Positions 62,297 through 64,000 of a stretch of 64,000 bases of DNA are shown piece after piece. A model generated the notes under the pieces. That model searched no databases. It saw nothing but the letters and a program-made list of their open reading frames with translations, and was not told the origin of the DNA. Every line of letters starts with the position of its first letter. Position 1 is the stretch's first letter. Made by a program: the position numbers and the translations under genes. The stretch is from Leucoraja erinacea (taxonomy: Eukaryota): contig NC_073407.1 in the NCBI RefSeq assembly GCF_028641065.1, positions 15,004,001 through 15,068,000 on the forward strand, written 5' to 3'.

Positions 62297-62410
62297 CTTC
62301 TGGTCTTTATCTTTCCTCTTACTTTTCCGTTCGTTCCTGTAGATTGCCTCTTGTAGTTCTGTAGGTGACTGTAGTCTTTATGTACCTCATTTGTAAGAAG
62401 GTTTTCATCT
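62297..62410 (-). other. Candidate non-coding 5' exon of LRRC8 copy 2
   Basis: Good donor GAAG|gtaaat at 62297 in unique sequence upstream of the acceptor at 59813. The frame joining the LRRC8 ATG contains stops. The 5' boundary is uncertain. Confidence 0.3.
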
Positions 62411-63012
62411 GTGAATGTCAACCAGCCTTGGCTTCAGCAGCATTCCGTTCAAACTAATTCCTATCTTGTCAACCAAGCCGGGCTCCAGTTGATCCTGTCA
62501 GGAAAAATAAAGGCTGGAAGCCGATTTATGTCAGAGATTCATTTTAACCACTGTAAGAAACTTATTGGTTTATATTTATTGTACTCCTTGGCATTCTCCT
62601 GTTCTAGCTTGGATATCTACATGGTGTGTACAGTGACAAAACTAGGTGTGGATATTCAGACAGTATAGAACTAGTCAGAATTTAGAGTTTAGAGAATTCA
62701 CCATTCACCATAGATTCTAATAATCTGTTGTGTTTAGAATGTCTTTTGTGATGTGAACTGTAACTGAATGTTTTAGTGCTAGTTTTGAATTTGATAATTA
62801 ACTTGGCATAATAATGGCAGCTTTTTTCATATTCCTGTCAAGCCAGCACTTGTATTATAATTAATATAGTTGGCAGAATGATCTTGTTTCCCAACTCTCA
62901 TAGAAGAGACCTCGCATTGTCTCAGAATATATTTGAACTCGGCTCCTCAAAGTCACTGATCAAGGCCTCCCAGATTATTAAAATAGTAAAGTAACCATTT
63001 ATAAAACCACTG

Positions 63013-63255
63013 GTAGACAAAAATGCTGGAGAAACTCAGCGGGTGAGGTAGCATCTATGGAGCGAAGGAAATAGGCGCTGTTTCGGGTCGAGACCCTTCT
63101 TCAGACTGATGGTCTACCTTCATCAGTCTGAAGAAGGGCCTTGACCCAAAAAGTCGCCTATTTCCTTCGCTCCATAGATGCTGCCTCACCCGTTGAGTTT
63201 CTCCAGCATTTTTGTCTATCTTCGATTTTCCAGCATCTGCAGTTCCTTCTTAAAC
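63013..63255. repeat. Palindromic Penelope-type repeat with hammerhead-like cores
   Basis: Inverted arms of about 100 bp around 63110-63121. Each arm reads CTGAAGA-AGGG(TC/CC)..GACCC-(G/A)AAA. Related arms occur at about 14770, 27955, 28370, 29175, 30085, 37880, 44970, 45510, 50225 and 56280. Confidence 0.75.
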
Positions 63256-63603
63256 ATTATAAAACCACTCTTGCCTTTTGATGCCTTTGACACTTGTTTT
63301 GAAGTATTGAATCCATTTTGAGAATCCCATATCCTCGGGTATCCTTGTGGCTTTGCAGATAATAGATTCTTACAGCTGTTCCACTCATTCAATTTAAAGA
63401 AATCCAGCAAAAAATGCATTGGTTTAGTTAATTATTTTAATATTCCAGCATTTCCCCATAAAAATTGCAGGCTAAATTTGTGATGTAATTATTAGGACAT
63501 TATAGTATAGGCCCATTAGCCAAATCCATGTCACCTTGATAATCTGGGTTCCCAACCTCCATTTATTGGGGTTATTTAGAGTTTCGTTGACAGTTAGGTG
63601 TTA

Positions 63604-63826
63604 AACATAGAAACATAGAAATTAGGTGCAGGAGTAGGCCATTCGGCCCTTCGAGCCTGCACCGCCATTCAATATGATCATGGCTGATCATCCAACTCAG
63701 TATCCCGTACCTGCCTTCTCTCCAATCCCCCTGATCCCCTTAGCCACAAGGGCCACATCTAACTCCCTCTTAAATATAGCCAATGAACTGGCCTCAACTA
63801 CCCTCTGTGGCAGAGAGTTCCAGAGT
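63604..63826 (-). mobile_element. Young CR1 3' fragment
   Basis: Near-identical to 32827-33045. Confidence 0.9.
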
Positions 63827-64000
63827 TAAGCGCACCTCCAATCGTGTTTCCGATGGGCCAAGGCCCAATGGTGGTAACCGACTGACTGTATCATTGAAAC
63901 TGTGTGGGCCCTTAGTCTGGGAGATAGAAAATGTGTCAAAATCACAAATTATGCAAAGTAGATATTAACAGACTTGGAAATATATATTCCTGGGAAGGGT

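Overview
Vertebrate genomic DNA. It is most likely from a cartilaginous fish (skate/ray-like), inferred from the repeat content (CR1 LINEs, HE1/V-SINE-like and Penelope-derived repeats). The window is the conserved NUP188-DOLK-PHYHD1-(LRRC8) block, equivalent to human 9q34. I traced exons 1-9 of NUP188 (minus strand, runs off the left edge), DOLK (plus strand, head-to-head with NUP188) and a complete 11-exon PHYHD1 (minus strand, 289 aa), all with GT-AG boundaries and consistent phases. Where mammals have LRRC8A directly upstream of PHYHD1, this window has two intact, single-coding-exon LRRC8 (VRAC) genes in tandem. Both carry LRRC8D-type diagnostic motifs, share derived residues with each other, and have unusual residues at the pore-constriction position. 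This candidate undescribed VRAC subunit clade is the main finding. Introns and intergenic DNA hold a near-intact ~4.3 kb CR1 LINE, a triple-nested LINE/LTR/LINE cluster, three hAT elements with perfect 8-bp TSDs, palindromic elements with hammerhead-like cores, and a 305-N assembly gap. Family assignments come from motif recognition and recalled human sequences; no database search was run.
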